Assembly: GCA_964016885.1 (NCBI GenBank)
Contig: OZ024744.1
Span: 62,310,001 to 62,374,000, forward strand
DNA length: 64,000 nt
Direction of reading: 5' to 3'
Origin: Eledone cirrhosa
Taxonomy: Eukaryota
Positions 42,861 to 56,467 of the stretch are shown piece by piece. Within the stretch, counting starts at the first letter, position 1. Each line of letters begins with the position of its first letter. Under the pieces are notes generated by a model. The model ran no database searches and had not been told where the DNA came from. It saw only the letters and a list, made by a program, of their open reading frames with translations. The translations under genes and the position numbers were made by a program.

Positions 42861-43062
42861 CAATGCTGTTTCTTATTCATGTTGCCATGTCTTTGACACA
42901 GCTGAGAAATACTTCCAATCCTTTGTTTAGCAAATTTTCTATGGTTGGATGTTCTTCCTATCACAAACCACTTTATAGAATGTGTTGTGTGTGTTTATTG
43001 TATAGATCCCCAACACTACAAAAGTTGTTGATTCCTTGACACAACTGAAGTGTCCTCTAGAC

Positions 43063-43365
43063 CAGTGCTACTCAAAGTGGTGGTCCGCGGACTGGTACCG
43101 GTACGCGAGCCATCAACTACGCGGCCAGTGTCCAGGCCATGCTAAGGAATCATTTGAGGAATTTTTTTTATTACTTTTTTATATGTTTTGATATTGTATT
43201 ATTTGTTTACAAAATAAATAGAAGATAAAAAAATGGTCAACTATTATTATATTCATTATATATATTGTTTCCGGTATAAATTAATATTACTACAAAATAT
43301 TAGCGGTATGTGGCACATTGAAAAAAAATGCCAGTCCGCCACGTCAGATAGTTTGAGAAGCACTG
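43063..43365. mobile_element. hAT (Charlie-like) MITE
   Basis: TIRs CAGTGCTACTCAAA/TTTGAGAAGCACTG and a perfect 8-bp TSD CTCTAGAC. Confidence 0.9.
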
Positions 43366-44120
43366 CTCTAGACCATTTTTTGTTTTGTTTACATACATGT
43401 ATACATCATTTAGACTCATTCTCTCTTATATACACACATATACACCAGGTCCAAACACAAAGAACCAAACTCCCACTGTCACTGCCTCCGTCTCTCCCAC
43501 TTACCCCATCTCTCACTATTGTGAGCAAATGGGGGCCCACATGCTGGCCGCCCTGTGGCCCCACTGGACAGAAGAGAGAAGACGTTTCCCCGGAGAATGG
43601 TGAGGGAGACATGCTGGTAGAGTCATTCCAGCTTGCAAGGCACACACCAGCTGGTAGTCAATCCTGTGTAGATGGTGGTGAGCAGGGAGGTGGTCGTAGG
43701 ACCAAGGACACCAGAAGTCACCACTGCCACAGGTTTGGATTTACAAACATGAAGAAAAGATGCTATATACCAAAGTAGAGTGTAATTACTGAGATTGCTC
43801 TCTGTTGTTACTCCGAGTTTTTCGTTTACTCTCTGATCACTAAAAAAAACGCAATATTGCAAACCACAGTATATTTGGCAAATATTATGGTTGTAGGCGT
43901 TGATGATAAAAAATATGATGAAGACAACAATGATGATGATGATGATGATGTTAATGATGATGAGGATGATAATGATGATGATGACAATGGTTAGTAGCTA
44001 AATTCAGAGAAATTAAAAACGATCGGTTTATCACTTTATTACCATTGTTATTAGAATTAATAATAGTAAAGAAAACATTTGTATGTATGTATGTATGTAT
44101 GTATGTATGTGTGTATGTAT

Positions 44121-44427
44121 GTTCTTATTGGTAAATATCATCTTGGTCAAGAGAGTTGGACTGGCTTTGTGCAGTGCCTTTGCTCACTATAAAAGCTTCA
44201 CGGCACAGGCATTGCTTTATATCTGGAGATCTCTCTGCACTTGTCGTCACATGGTACCATGGGCCCAGTACTATGTGTCAATAATTGTCACAAGTGTAGT
44301 GTTTGTACCAGAGCTTTCAAGTCGCTGGCTGGACTAAAAAGTCACACTCGTTCAGCGCATCGGTAGGGGTTCTCCTACATGGATATAAAGTAGTGGCCGT
44401 ACTCGAAAACGAGTTGGCAGCCACCAT
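44121..44427 (+). mobile_element. family B RTE-derived element, 5'-truncated, in (ATGT)n
   Basis: Reverse complement of 1881-2185, with (TATG)n on both sides. Confidence 0.8.
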
Positions 44428-44979
44428 GTATGTATGCATGTATGTACGCATGTATGTGTGCTTGTATGTATGCATGTATGTGTGTATATATATGTATGCA
44501 TGTGTATGTGTGTATGTATGTATGTGTGTGTATGTGTATATGTATGTATGTATGTATGTTATGTATGTATATATATATGTATATATATGTATATATGTAT
44601 GTGTGTGTATATGTATGTATGTGTGTATATATATATGTATGTATGTGTGTATATGTATGTATGTGTGCATATGTATGAGTGTATATATGTATGTATGCAT
44701 ATGTGTGTATGTATGTGTGTATGTATGTGTGTATGTATATATGTATATATATGTAAGTATGTATGTGTATGTATATGTATGTGTGTGGGTGTGTGTACGT
44801 GTGTAAGCTATTTCTCTAAAATAAAAACATAATGGTTTATTCAAGCTTCCCCACCACCACCACACCACCAGTAGTACCATCACACAGCAATTAATTGTGG
44901 CAGATAATAAAAAATCTGGGATTTAATCCCCTTTCCTTCCTTCCTTTCTTAACCATTCATTGTAGAAGGGGATCACATA

Positions 44980-45019
<40 letters not shown>

Positions 45020-45313
45020 CAATGGGGATGGGGATGATGATGAAATTGATGATAAAGATGATGCTGAGGATGATGACAGTGATGGTTATGGGCATTGTGA
45101 GAAGATAATGATTCTTTGTAGAATGTGATCACAATAATTATTTTATGGGAAAACATCCTATTTTTATTTTTTTTTATTTTTATATAAGATTGTATCCTGT
45201 AGGTGGCAGATGGTGGGAGAAAGAAATGGATGTTCCAGTTGCTCCCATCACCATTTCTGTTACCTAGCAACATTTACACTAATATTGAAATCAACAAAAA
45301 CATCTATTAGAAA

Positions 45314-45630
45314 TCATCATCATTTTACGTCCACTTTTCCCTGCTTACAAGGGTGGGACGGGAACTGATTCTGGCTTGATTTCTACAGCTGGATGCCCTT
45401 CCTAACACCAACCTCATTTACAGCGAGTGCTGGGTGCTTTTTTTCCATGGCACCACCACGTCCACTTTGCAGTGGAATGATAGGGACCCCAGTCCCTATC
45501 ATCTCATTTCTACAGCTGAATAAACTGGAGCAATGTGAAATAAAGTGTCTTGCTCAAGGAAACAACACATCACCCAATCTGAGAATTGAACTCACAACCT
45601 TTCGATTGCAAGGCCAATGCTCTAACCACT
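45314..45630 (-). mobile_element. SINE family C
   Basis: Reverse complement of 34715-35047. Confidence 0.85.
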
Positions 45631-45772
45631 ATATATATATATATATATTTATATTAAAAAAATAATACTTTAAAAAAAAAAAATCAAATTGAGGCCAGCA
45701 TGAAAAGGCAGATGTAAGATGGTGATGGTGATGATGATGATGACAACGACGACGATGACAATCGTGATGTTG

Positions 45773-45804
<32 letters not shown>

Positions 45805-46599
45805 GATAGTGGTGGATTTGATGGTGGTGGTGTTGCTGGTGATGTTGGTGGTTGTGATGATGTTTATGAAATTGTTTTGTTGTTTTTGGTGGTGGTGGGT
45901 GACAGTTTAGAGTTTTTAGTGTTTTTCCCTAAGGAAACAAAAAGCAATAATAATAATAATAATAATGATAAAATAATTAACTTGACCAGATTTACTGAAC
46001 AAAATTTCATAACGTATGGCGTGTCTTGTTTAGTCATTATGGAATAAGCAATAACCTCCTCTTTTGAATTGTCATTATAAAATTCAGATATTTGTGAAGA
46101 ACACTGTAGAGATTGTACTGTAGCTCCCAAACTGAGTTCACTAACTTCATTAGCTTGCAGAACTTTTTCTCTTTCTTCACTGCTTCTTAGACCGACAACT
46201 AACTACAACAATAAGAGATTTTCAATCTCTGTCCTTTTAGACATTTTCAGGCTCTCAAAATTGCTGCATTTATTGGTGTGTCAAAGATTCAAACGAAATT
46301 GAGAAATTGAGTCATTGAGCTGTTGAATAGTGGAGAGAAATTTTGTTCTTTCGGCCAATATCAGTTTCTTTGAAGGAGCAACATGATATTCTTCAAGATG
46401 TTAATATCACGGATAATCTTTAATGCTTGTATTCTGACCAAAGATAGATTTAGAAGAAATATTTCAATAATTTTTTTAATTATTGTGACCAGCTTTATTT
46501 TGCTAATAGTTGCATATTATGTTCAGAAGTGCTGATAAATATAGTTAAATTATTGCATCATAACCAAATTGCATGATGATTTTGAATGTTTAACAAGCT

Positions 46600-47260
46600 A
46601 AGACTAATTATAATAAAAGTGGGAAATTGTGGACAATGAAAAATTGAACAAGTAGAAGAAGCAGTAACTATTGCTACAATGCTGAAGCTAGATCCAGAAC
46701 ATTTCCAATCATGAAAGAATAGAGAAAATAATGTAAGCAGTAAGTTGCAAACAAAAGCTGATGATCTGATGATCATTGTGAAACGAAGGGAAATCTCATG
46801 ACTTCAACACACCATCTAAAGCTTTAAATATTGACATTAACCCCGCCAAATCATGGTCACTAATGTATGCAGCAAGGAATGTTGGTGTATCCAGGGGTTC
46901 CATACACAAGGTAATGGCTTTGAGAGAAGAAAGAGGAATGCTGGCTGTGCCAAATCTTATTGCTGGAAAACAATTAGAAATGTTCCAATTTTGCCAACAA
47001 AACATAAGTAGCATTCTCTTCATGTTTGTAAACAAAGATGTCATACAAGGTGTAAGGTTGACTTTAGAGAAAAGGTTATCTAAATCATAGACTCTTCAAG
47101 GTACCAGAGGTTTTCACCAATTTATTCCCCTGTTGATCACGTGCATTACTACTAAAATAGTCTCTAAGGGCTGAACAGTTTAATTTAGAAGCCAGTTGTG
47201 TACCCAAGATATTACAGGATGTTTGTTGTGAGCTTTACAATGAAAAGAAATGGATTGAAA
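46600..47260 (+). pseudogene. decayed, internally deleted DNA-transposase remnant (superfamily uncertain, possibly Sola-like)
   Basis: Fragments PAKSWS...GVS...LREERGMLAVPN and FCQQNI..I.F.FV...LEKR....TLQGTRGFHQFIP resemble uncharacterised invertebrate transposase-like ORFs as I recall them. Many stops. Confidence 0.35.
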
Positions 47261-47450
47261 AAAGTGGCCAGTAACTGCTACAAAGAATCAAATTCTGCAT
47301 CTCTTGGAGGGGTATTTTACTAGATTTTCTAAGCTATTATACATAGCAATCGACTGTTGCTACAGTTATTTTCTGCATTTGGGATTCCCATATTTTCAAA
47401 TTTCAAATTAACCAGCACTTCAATAATTCATAAGATTTTTTTATGTATCA

Positions 47451-47815
47451 TCTATATATAAATTTGAGCAACTTCTATCTGTCCATCACACAATGTGTGT
47501 GTGTGTGTGTGCATTTGTGTGAATGTATGTGCATGTAAAAGGAAGGGGATGGTGAAAAAACTATAGCAAAATTGCAGCTGGCGTTCCATTTGCTACGCTG
47601 TGTGGAGTGTATATGTGTTTGTGTAAATGTATGTGTGAGTTTGCGTGAATGTATGTGTATTTATGTGAATGTAAGTCTGTGAGTGTGTATTTTTGTAAGA
47701 GTGTCGTGTGTTTGCACGTTTATATTTATATACTCATACATATAAATGTATGCATATGCACATACACACATACACACACATACACACATACGCATCAGCG
47801 TGTTGAAAAAGATTT
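47451..47815 (+). mobile_element. Helitron-like family H2 copy (3' CTAG lost)
   Basis: A|TCTATATATAAATTT start, homologous to 35183-35558. Confidence 0.6.
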
Positions 47816-48043
47816 TCCTTTATATGACCATTGTAACTCATAGAAGAAATTTGTCAATTAGTATTCCATAATTAGTTTTCATTTTGACAATTAGTATTCC
47901 TAATGATTTGATTTATTAAAACAAAAGTGATCTATTGTTAATTAACTCAAGAATGGAACAGAATTGTATGCCATATTCTCTGTGACCAGACAACATCAAC
48001 ACAGATGTAGCTGTTCAACATGGTAGAAATAGCAGCCAGATCC

Positions 48044-48231
48044 TCATCATCATCATCTTCTTCTTCCTCCTTCTCCTCTTCATCAGCATCGTATTCCTCC
48101 TCCTCCTCATCACCATTATCTTCTCCCTCTTCCTTATCCTTCTCCTCCTCATCATCGATATCATTATTTTCCTCCTCCTCCTCATCATCGTCATCGTCAT
48201 CATCATACTCCTCTTTCTCCTCCTCCTTATC

Positions 48232-48279
<48 letters not shown>

Positions 48280-48345
48280 TCTTCTTCTTCTTCTTCTTCT
48301 TCTTCTTCTTTTTCTTCTTCTTCTTCTTCTTCTTCTTCTTCTTCT
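48044..48345. repeat. compound trinucleotide tract (TCC/TCA, TTA, TTC)
   Basis: Read directly. Confidence 0.9.
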
Positions 48346-48594
48346 ATGAGACTGGGGTCATCCTGGCTCAGTCATCCTAGAGCAATCACCATACACAGAA
48401 CCAACCAGGTCCACCTGTGCCCTCCATCACTGGCAGTCCAGTGCCAGTCCCTCTGCATCCTCCAGGAAGGGCAGAGAAACCATGCCAAGAGCGAAACATG
48501 TGTGTGAGACGTAACTCTCATTAAATACTGACTTGATCTGTAATGATCTGGCGGCCAAACCCATGCCAACATGGGAAATAACAAAACAGATGGT

Positions 48595-49010
48595 AAATAA
48601 TGATAGTGATGGTGGATATGATGATGATCATCATCATATCTACCATCACTACCACCACCACCACCACCACCACCACCACCACCACCACCACCACCACCAC
48701 CACAATCATCATCATCATCATCATAATCATCATCATCACCATCATCACCACCACCACCACCACCACCACCATCACCATCACCATCATCGTTATTATCATC
48801 ATCATCACCACCACCATCATCGCTATCATCATCATCACCACCATCGTTATTATCATCATCATCATCCCCATCAGCACCACCACCACCACCACCACCATCA
48901 TCGTTATTATCATCATCACCACCACCACCATCATCATCATCACCATCAGCACCACCACCACCACCATCATCGCTATCATCATCATCATCGCCGCCGTCAT
49001 CGTCGTCATC
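48595..49010. repeat. (CAC/CAT)n trinucleotide tract
   Basis: Read directly. The poly-His, poly-Ile and poly-Val ORFs here are artefacts. Confidence 0.9.
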
Positions 49011-49371
49011 ATATCTTTGTCATATTTATCGCCAATGTTATTGCCATCATCACCACATTCACCATTTACAGTTTCATTTTCATTTTCCTTGCTCACAGTG
49101 TTACATCCCTCGTTTGCTATTCTTTGCCATGGCAACATATTTTTGGTGGAGTGGAGGAGGAGGATGAGGAAGGAGAGGAGGACAATGACGAGGTGAGAAG
49201 GTGTGAGGAAAGGGGGAAAGCGGGGGCGGGGGCGGGGGGTTATGTTGGTGTGTCATTGGAGAAACAAAGTGGAACTTGTGAGATGAGGTTGGATGTCCTG
49301 CCAAAATATACAAATAATCAAGAATGGCAGGTTTGGTGTTTATTGCAAAATGTTTGTCCATTGGTTTAGAG

Positions 49372-49710
49372 CAGAGGTTCTCAATGTGGGCACTACTTCT
49401 CCCTGCGGTGCGTTGAGAAGGTCCAGTGGGACTGTTGAGGGCGGTAGAGATGATATAATAGTATATTAAATATCAAAAGATATACATTATATATATATAT
49501 AGTAAAATAAAAAATATATATACAATGTTTATTTATACATAGTATATATTATATTATTTATTATATATAAATTAACCAGTTAATTTATTATATATTATTT
49601 ACAATTTGCATGTAGGCAGGTCTCTCTGGAAATAGGGTTAGGTGGGGGAGGGTATTACGTGGCCGTGAGGGGAGGGGGGAGCAGTGGCCCAACAAGTTTG
49701 AGAACCTCTG
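49372..49710. mobile_element. hAT MITE
   Basis: TIRs CAGAGGTTCTCAA/TTGAGAACCTCTG and an 8-bp TSD GTTTAGAG. Confidence 0.9.
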
Positions 49711-49879
49711 GTTTAGAGAGAGATTGATGACTGTACACTACTTTTTAAAACTCTTTTACTAGTTCCAGTCATTATGTTGTGTCTATACTAATACACTGCC
49801 TTAAATAGAAAGTAAAAATATAAATTTGATTATAGGGAAAAAAATTCAATATAAAAATTATTCTCCAGCCTAATCTCTA

Positions 49880-50345
49880 TATTAATAACTTTGTCATCGC
49901 ATTTGAGAGATTTAATTGTGCAAGGTCAGCTTTAATCACTTCATCCCATACTTTCCTAGGTTTTCCTTTTCCATAGTTTCCTTCAGCTTTGTGTATCCTG
50001 TACCTTTTTATACACTGAATACACATGCATGACCTGTCTATACTAACACAATCTCCTCTCCTGCATACTGCATCTGACACCACTCTCTGTATATTACAAT
50101 TACACATCCATCAGAGTATGCAAACTTCTTTCCAATCTTTGTATGTCCTCCACACACAATGCCCATGCAACATTGCTGTTCATATACAGTACATGCATCA
50201 TACAATCTGCCCATCATTTTGAGAGAAAATGTTTTGATAGCTAGTAGCAGTAATAGCTCCCTAAACTCTTTCCATCCTGTTCTCACTCTGGTTACTGTAC
50301 TTTTGGATCACTACTGCTAATTTTGTCACCGAGGTAACAACCTGT
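49880..50345 (-). mobile_element. degraded RTE LINE 3' fragment
   Basis: RTGWKEFRELL...FSLKMMGRLYDAC and GKPRKVWDEVIKADL. Confidence 0.8.
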
Positions 50346-50399
50346 CCACTGCTGCAACAAAACCAAGAAATTGATAGGGCTTGTTTCCTAGCAACATCT

Positions 50400-50935
50400 C
50401 TATCAATGACCTGACTGTTTCACCAGTATCTGAGGAGTACTGCTACAGATATCTGGGGATAGGTTAAAATATATCCTATGATGGAATTTGTAACAAGGAA
50501 CAAGTAACCAGGGAATATACACCTGAATAAGAAAATCATGGTCTTAGGAGCTCTCTACACATAATAAATCCACAATGTATTTGCTGTGATTGTACTGACA
50601 CTAACATTTGGACTATTTGACTGGATGCTAGATGAGATCTGAGCCCCAAAAGTTCTAACTGGCACCAGCTGCCCAGCAGATGTCAATATAGTACTAAAGA
50701 TTAGCAAAAAGAAGATTATTTTTGCTGAACTAATGAGGAATCTGCAGATATTCAACCTTTACTATCCTTTTAGATTTGTACCTGTGATAATTGGGTTCTG
50801 GGATATGTTTCTAACTACCTCAGTACAAATTTTGAGAAGCTGGGCTTCACAGAACCAGACAGAACACAGTTAGTTAGGAAGTTACTAGTACAGTCCAATA
50901 ATGGAACTGTAAAAATATGTAAAACATTTCAGAAA
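50400..50935 (+). mobile_element. degraded, internally deleted R4/Dong-like non-LTR remnant
   Basis: YRYLGI...EY...HNVFAV.VLT.TFG..DW..DEI joined to YPFRFVPVIIG...EKLGF...GTVKICKTF (RLE-type C-terminus), followed by (TA)n. Confidence 0.5.
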
Positions 50936-50999
50936 TATATCTGTATTTATCTCTCTTTTATATTCAATTATATATATATATACGATCTCGCTGAAATTA

Positions 51000-51029
<30 letters not shown>

Positions 51030-51030
<1 letters not shown>

Positions 51031-52512
51031 CATAATCTATAAATCTCAGTGTGTGGTCATGCTCCTTTCTTATAGAAATCTACGATATAGAATTTCTTCA
51101 ATTGAAATTTACAATTCAGTATTCGAAATAGTTTCGATTGCGTCTTGGCATATCTCATTTTATCAATTTCACCCACAATTACGCAAAAAATAGATAAAAC
51201 TCAATATTTTACGATTTTTCTCTGTCATTTAAACTGCTAAACTCTTTCCACTACCATTCAAAATCTATACAACTTCATACTTTCTGCTACTTTCTCTTTC
51301 CAAGCTTGATGGTGATACTGTCCGTTTTACTCTCTCATATCATCTGCATACCTCTATCTACAACTCACACATTTTGCTACTTTCTCTTTTATACTTCAAA
51401 TTATTACATTTCATACGAAACGACAATTATTCAAAAGCAACAGATACATTTATTCAACAACAAGCGATAAATCTTTTTTAAAACCTCTTTTCCAAACGCA
51501 TACAAACACACACTTCAACAACAACAACAATCTACCTTTTATAGATAATTGTTTCTACTTTTGGCACAAGGCCAGCAATTAACCCAGTGTATTACTGGTA
51601 CTTTATTTTATCGACCCCGAAAGGATGAAAGGCAAAGTTAACCTCGGCGGGATTTGAACTCAGAATGGCAAGGACCGTAACTCTATGCGTCAAAGCATGG
51701 CGTCCGACCCTCTACTGGTACTGCCAATCCTCTGCCCTACCTTTTATAGATAATGATAAACAATAATATCCTCTATGAGGTCACTAAACCTGCTAGAAAC
51801 AGCAGCTAACTCTCCCCCATACCACACCCCTCCCTACTGTCTTAAATTTAGAAAACATATCTTCTATGAGGTCACTAAACCTGCTAGAAACAGCAGCTAA
51901 CTCTCCCCCATATCACACCACTCCCTACTGTCTTAAATTTAGAAAACACATATCCGCTATGAGGTTACTAAACCTCAGAGAAACAGCAGCTAACTCTCCC
52001 ACCTATCACACCCATCCCTACTGTCTTAAATTTAGAAAACATATCTTCTATGAGGTCACTAAACATGCTAGAAACAGCAGCTAACTCTCCTCCATATCAC
52101 ACCACTCCCTACTGTCTTAAATTTAGAAAACACATATCCTCTATGAGGTCACTAAACCTGCTAGAAACAACAGCTAACTCTCCCTCATATCACAACCCTC
52201 CCTACTGTCTTAAATTTAGAAAACACAGACAATCATGCAGAACAACTCCATCGCAGCTCTGTTGTTCGGCTGGCATCGTCTACGCGCGTGTTGCGCAAGT
52301 ACTGTGAAACAATAAATTTCAACATTTTTTTTGCGCAGAGATAATATCCATAGGCGAAACTACAATTGTCACTGCTGGCGCAGCTCATGCTTCCAGGTCT
52401 GCAATTCATTCACCCAGTGCCTGGCAGACAAAAAAGTGCTGCCATAAAATGGGTGGTGCAACCTAACTTTGGTAACTTAATGACCCCGAGCAACGCCGGG
52501 CTTTAATGCTAG
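51030..52512 (+). mobile_element. non-autonomous Helitron, family H1, with a 92-bp x5 internal array and a nested SINE
   Basis: A|TCATAATCTATAAA start, CCCGAGCAACGCCGGG hairpin plus CTAG|T end, and tandem units at about 51770-52225. Confidence 0.8.
51550..51736 (-). mobile_element. SINE family A with an 18-bp TSD
   Basis: CTACCTTTTATAGATAAT at both 51532-51549 and 51737-51754. Confidence 0.9.
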
Positions 52513-52536
52513 TATATATATATAATAATAATAATA

Positions 52537-52845
52537 ATTGTTTCTACTTTAGGCACAAGGCCAGCAATTATCCAGTGCATTACTGGTACTTTATTTTATC
52601 GACCCTGTAAGGATGAAAGGCAAAGTCAACCTCGGCGGGATAATAATAATAATGATTTCTTATATAGGCACAAGGCCAGCAATTTTGGGGGAGGGGAAAG
52701 TCGATTAAATCGACCCCAGTGCGTGACTGGTACTTTATTTTATCGACCCCGTAAGGATGAAAGGCAAAGTTAACCTCGGCAGGATATCAACTCAGAACGT
52801 AAAGGGCCATAACTCTATGCTGCAAAGCCTGATGTTTGACACTAT
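52537..52845 (-). mobile_element. two tandem SINE family A fragments
   Basis: The core ACTGGTACTTTATTTTATCGACCC..AAGGATGAAAGGC occurs twice, each with a (TAA)n tail. Confidence 0.75.
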
Positions 52846-52868
52846 AATAATAATAATGATAATATGGA

Positions 52869-53068
52869 TGAGATGTCTTATTTTCACTACATTTATTGAG
52901 ATGTGACGCACGTTTCATGATTGAACAACTCAAGCAGACTTCTGTTATCATAATTCCGTCATTCCAATAACAGAAGTCAGGCCCGATCGATACAGATCGA
53001 ACTTTGAGCTAATCAATCGCAAAATGCGCGTCACACCTCAATAAATGTAATGAAGATTTAACACCTCA
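52869..53068. repeat. nested imperfect inverted repeat (foldback) in (TAA)n
   Basis: Outer arms TACATTTATTGAG.TGTGACGC/GCGTCACA.CTCAATAAATGTA and inner arms GACTTCTGTTAT/ATAACAGAAGTC. Confidence 0.7.
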
Positions 53069-53091
53069 CTAATATTATTATTATTACACTC

Positions 53092-53275
53092 TGCGGTGGA
53101 TTGGCAGTATCGGTAGAGGGTTGGACACCATGCTTTCCAGCATAGTTACGAGCCTTTGCGGTCTGAGTTCAAATACCGGCGAGGTTAACTTTGCCTTTCA
53201 TCCTTACGGGGTCGATAAAATAAAGTACCAGTAATGTACTGGATAATTGATGGCCTTGTACCAAAAGTAGAAACA
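53092..53275 (+). mobile_element. SINE family A
   Basis: Full head and core as in 58-226. Confidence 0.85.
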
Positions 53276-53364
53276 GTACATGGAGACTATGCATTGAGTA
53301 CTCCCTTTGGTGAACCTACAGTAACTTGACGTTACAATTCCTAGACTATATATATATATATATA

Positions 53365-53746
53365 TTCTATTCTAAGGCGGGTAAAATTCCCGAGATCTAT
53401 CGACGAGTTCTCTCCAGCGGTCTCTGTCCCTCATTATCGCTGCCATGTCCTGCTTCTCCAACAGACCAGTGTCTGTCCTTAGAGCATCAACATACGTTAA
53501 CCTTGGTCTTCCTCTTCTAGTGTGTGCATGTAGGGGCTCCCAAAGGAGCACTGAGTGCAATGTCAACTCTGGATGTCGGTGAGCATGTCCAGCTAACCTC
53601 AGTCTCCTCTGTGTCACTTTTGAGCTGACTTTTGGGATGCTCCCATACAGCTCTGAGTTTTTCATCCTCAGTGTATACTGATTAATGTTCAGAGCCATCC
53701 TCAGCATTCTCGTGTAGCACCCATCCACCATCTGAGTGAGTTTCTT
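53365..53746 (-). mobile_element. RTE/RTEX-like LINE 3' fragment
   Basis: Near-identical to 24513-24916. Confidence 0.85.
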
Positions 53747-55195
53747 ATACATACATACCATACATATATACATACATACATACATTTGTGAAATTATAAA
53801 ACCAGAAGAACATACATACATACATATACATACATTGTGGGAAGGGGATAATGAAAATGAGATTTAAGCTAATCCTGCTAGTCTTAGTCTATTTCCTCAT
53901 TTATTATACTCATTAATATTTTAAGCATCATTTAAGTGATGATAGATAAATGGAGACTACAGTATAAATTATAAATCATGACACAGACATGCCTAAATGG
54001 TTAAGAGGTTCACTTTGTTACCACGAGTTTTTGAGTTTGATCCTACTGCATAGCTTCTTAAGTTAGCCTCTTTACCATAGTCTTCGATATGAGTGAAATT
54101 AGGTAGACTGAAATTGTAGAAGTGGAGGCACATGGCCTATTGGTAAGTGTGTTGAACTTATGATCATAACATCATGGGTTCAACTCCTGGACTGGGTTGA
54201 GAGTTGCGTTCTTGAGCAAAACAATTTTTTCATGTTGCTCCCGTATACTCAGCAGACAAGATAATAACAATGTTGTTAGAAGAGGTAACATGAATAATAT
54301 AAAGAATATAAGAATATGAAGAATAGGAGAATAAATGATTTGGTTATATATAGTTTACTTCACGTGAATTAAAAGGTACAATAAACAAGTTACCATAAGT
54401 TGCAAAGATTGACAATATTATTTTGTTGATATGTAGGCTGTTGTTGTTGGTGTGAAAACAGCGAGCGATAGATAATTGTTGTTGTTGTTGTTGGAATTCG
54501 TGGTAATAGTTGTTAGATCGTGTTAGTAAGAGAGTATGGTATGTATAGCTCTGAATGGTCTGTAGTAACTAAGAAATACCGTGAACTGCATACAGCGGTG
54601 AATCTTCCACATTTGTGTTCTGTATAACAGTGTTCCAATCGCTCTGGGTGTATCTGTAGACTCCATGGGGTCTGTTGAATAGTGGTGAATCTTTACATAG
54701 CTTGTTCTGTAGTGGGTGCTCCGATGTCTCTGGCTGAAGACCACTGGGGGTCTATTGATAGCAGTAAATCCTTACATATTAGTTGTGTATCCTAGCGCTT
54801 CGATATCTCTGTTTGTAGACCACTGAGGGTCTATTGATAGCAGTAAATACTTACATATTTAGTTGTATATCCTATCGCTTCGATGTCTCTGTGTGGAATG
54901 GCTTGTACATGGTCTGTATATAGCTGTCACTTCCTGTCCCTCAACCTGAACTTGTTTACACAATAAATGTGGTGACCTAAAATTTGATCACTAGGTATCA
55001 CCCAAAGTTCAAGGCGCGGACAGATTTCGCTACATATCTATGTATCTATCTACATATGCATACATACACGCATGCATGCATGCATACATACATACATACA
55101 TACATACATACATACATACATACATACATACATACATACATACATACATACATACATACATACATACATACATACATACATACATACATACATAC

Positions 55196-55804
55196 ATGGT
55201 GGCTGCCAACTCGTTTTCGAGTACGGCCACTACTTTATATCCATGTAGGAGAACTCCTACCGATGCGCTGAACGAATGTGACTTTAGTCCAGCCAGCGAC
55301 TTGAAAACTCTGGTACAAATGCTACACTTGTGACAATTATTGACACATAGTGCTGGGCCCATGGTATCATGTGACGACAAGTGCAGAGAGATCTCCAGAT
55401 ATAAAGCAATGCCTGTGCCGTGAAGCTTTTATAGTGAGCAAAGGCACTGCACAAAGCCAGTCCCACTCTCTTAACCAAGATGATATTTACCAAAAAGAAG
55501 AACAAGTCAACATCATTGGATACCATCAGAGTTGCAGGTGTTAAATCAGAGTTTTCCTTCTCCTAGAATTCTGCCTTGACAAAGGCTAAGGGGTCATCTC
55601 TCCCAGTGATTTTGGATGGCCATTGACACATAAGAGCTCCTTTGCCCTTTCACAGGTTTTGTTTTTAGTCCTGCAGGATGTCCAAAGTCAGCTTCCTCAC
55701 CAAGAAACCTTGGTGGGGTTGCCAGTTTAGTCGCCAACGACCCGACCATGAGACAGGTTGTACTGGGATACATGTTACCAGTAACACCAAGTGGTGACCT
55801 GACA
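55196..55804 (-). mobile_element. family B RTE-derived element, full length
   Basis: Near-identical to 1881-2487, with (TACA)n on both sides. Confidence 0.8.
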
Positions 55805-55840
55805 TACATATATACATACATACATACATACATACATACA

Positions 55841-55876
<36 letters not shown>

Positions 55877-55895
55877 TATACATACATACACACAC

Positions 55896-55928
<33 letters not shown>

Positions 55929-56299
55929 CATACATATATATATATATATACATACATACATACATATATATATATACATACATATATATATATATATATA
56001 CATACATACATATATATATACATACATATATATATATATATACATATATATATACATATATATATATATACATACATATATATATACATATATATATACA
56101 TACATACATACATATATATACATACATACATATATATATACATGCATATATATATATACATACATATATATATACATACATACATACATATATATATATA
56201 TATACATATTTATATATATATACATACATACATATATATACATACTTATATATATATACATACATATATATATATATATATACACATATATATGCATAC

Positions 56300-56412
<113 letters not shown>

Positions 56413-56417
56413 TATAC

Positions 56418-56450
<33 letters not shown>

Positions 56451-56467
56451 CATACATAAATATATAT

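Noticed and set aside
43520-43840. GC-richer island resembling a solo LTR or exon
   Set aside because: No TSD, clear terminus or recognisable protein similarity.
48521-49369. Poly-His or poly-Val/Met protein
   Set aside because: It is a trinucleotide repeat open in several frames, with no domain or splice support.
54271-55034. Solo LTR (TG...CA) with an internal ~80-bp duplication
   Set aside because: There is no TSD, only a weak terminal inverted repeat, and no second copy in the window.
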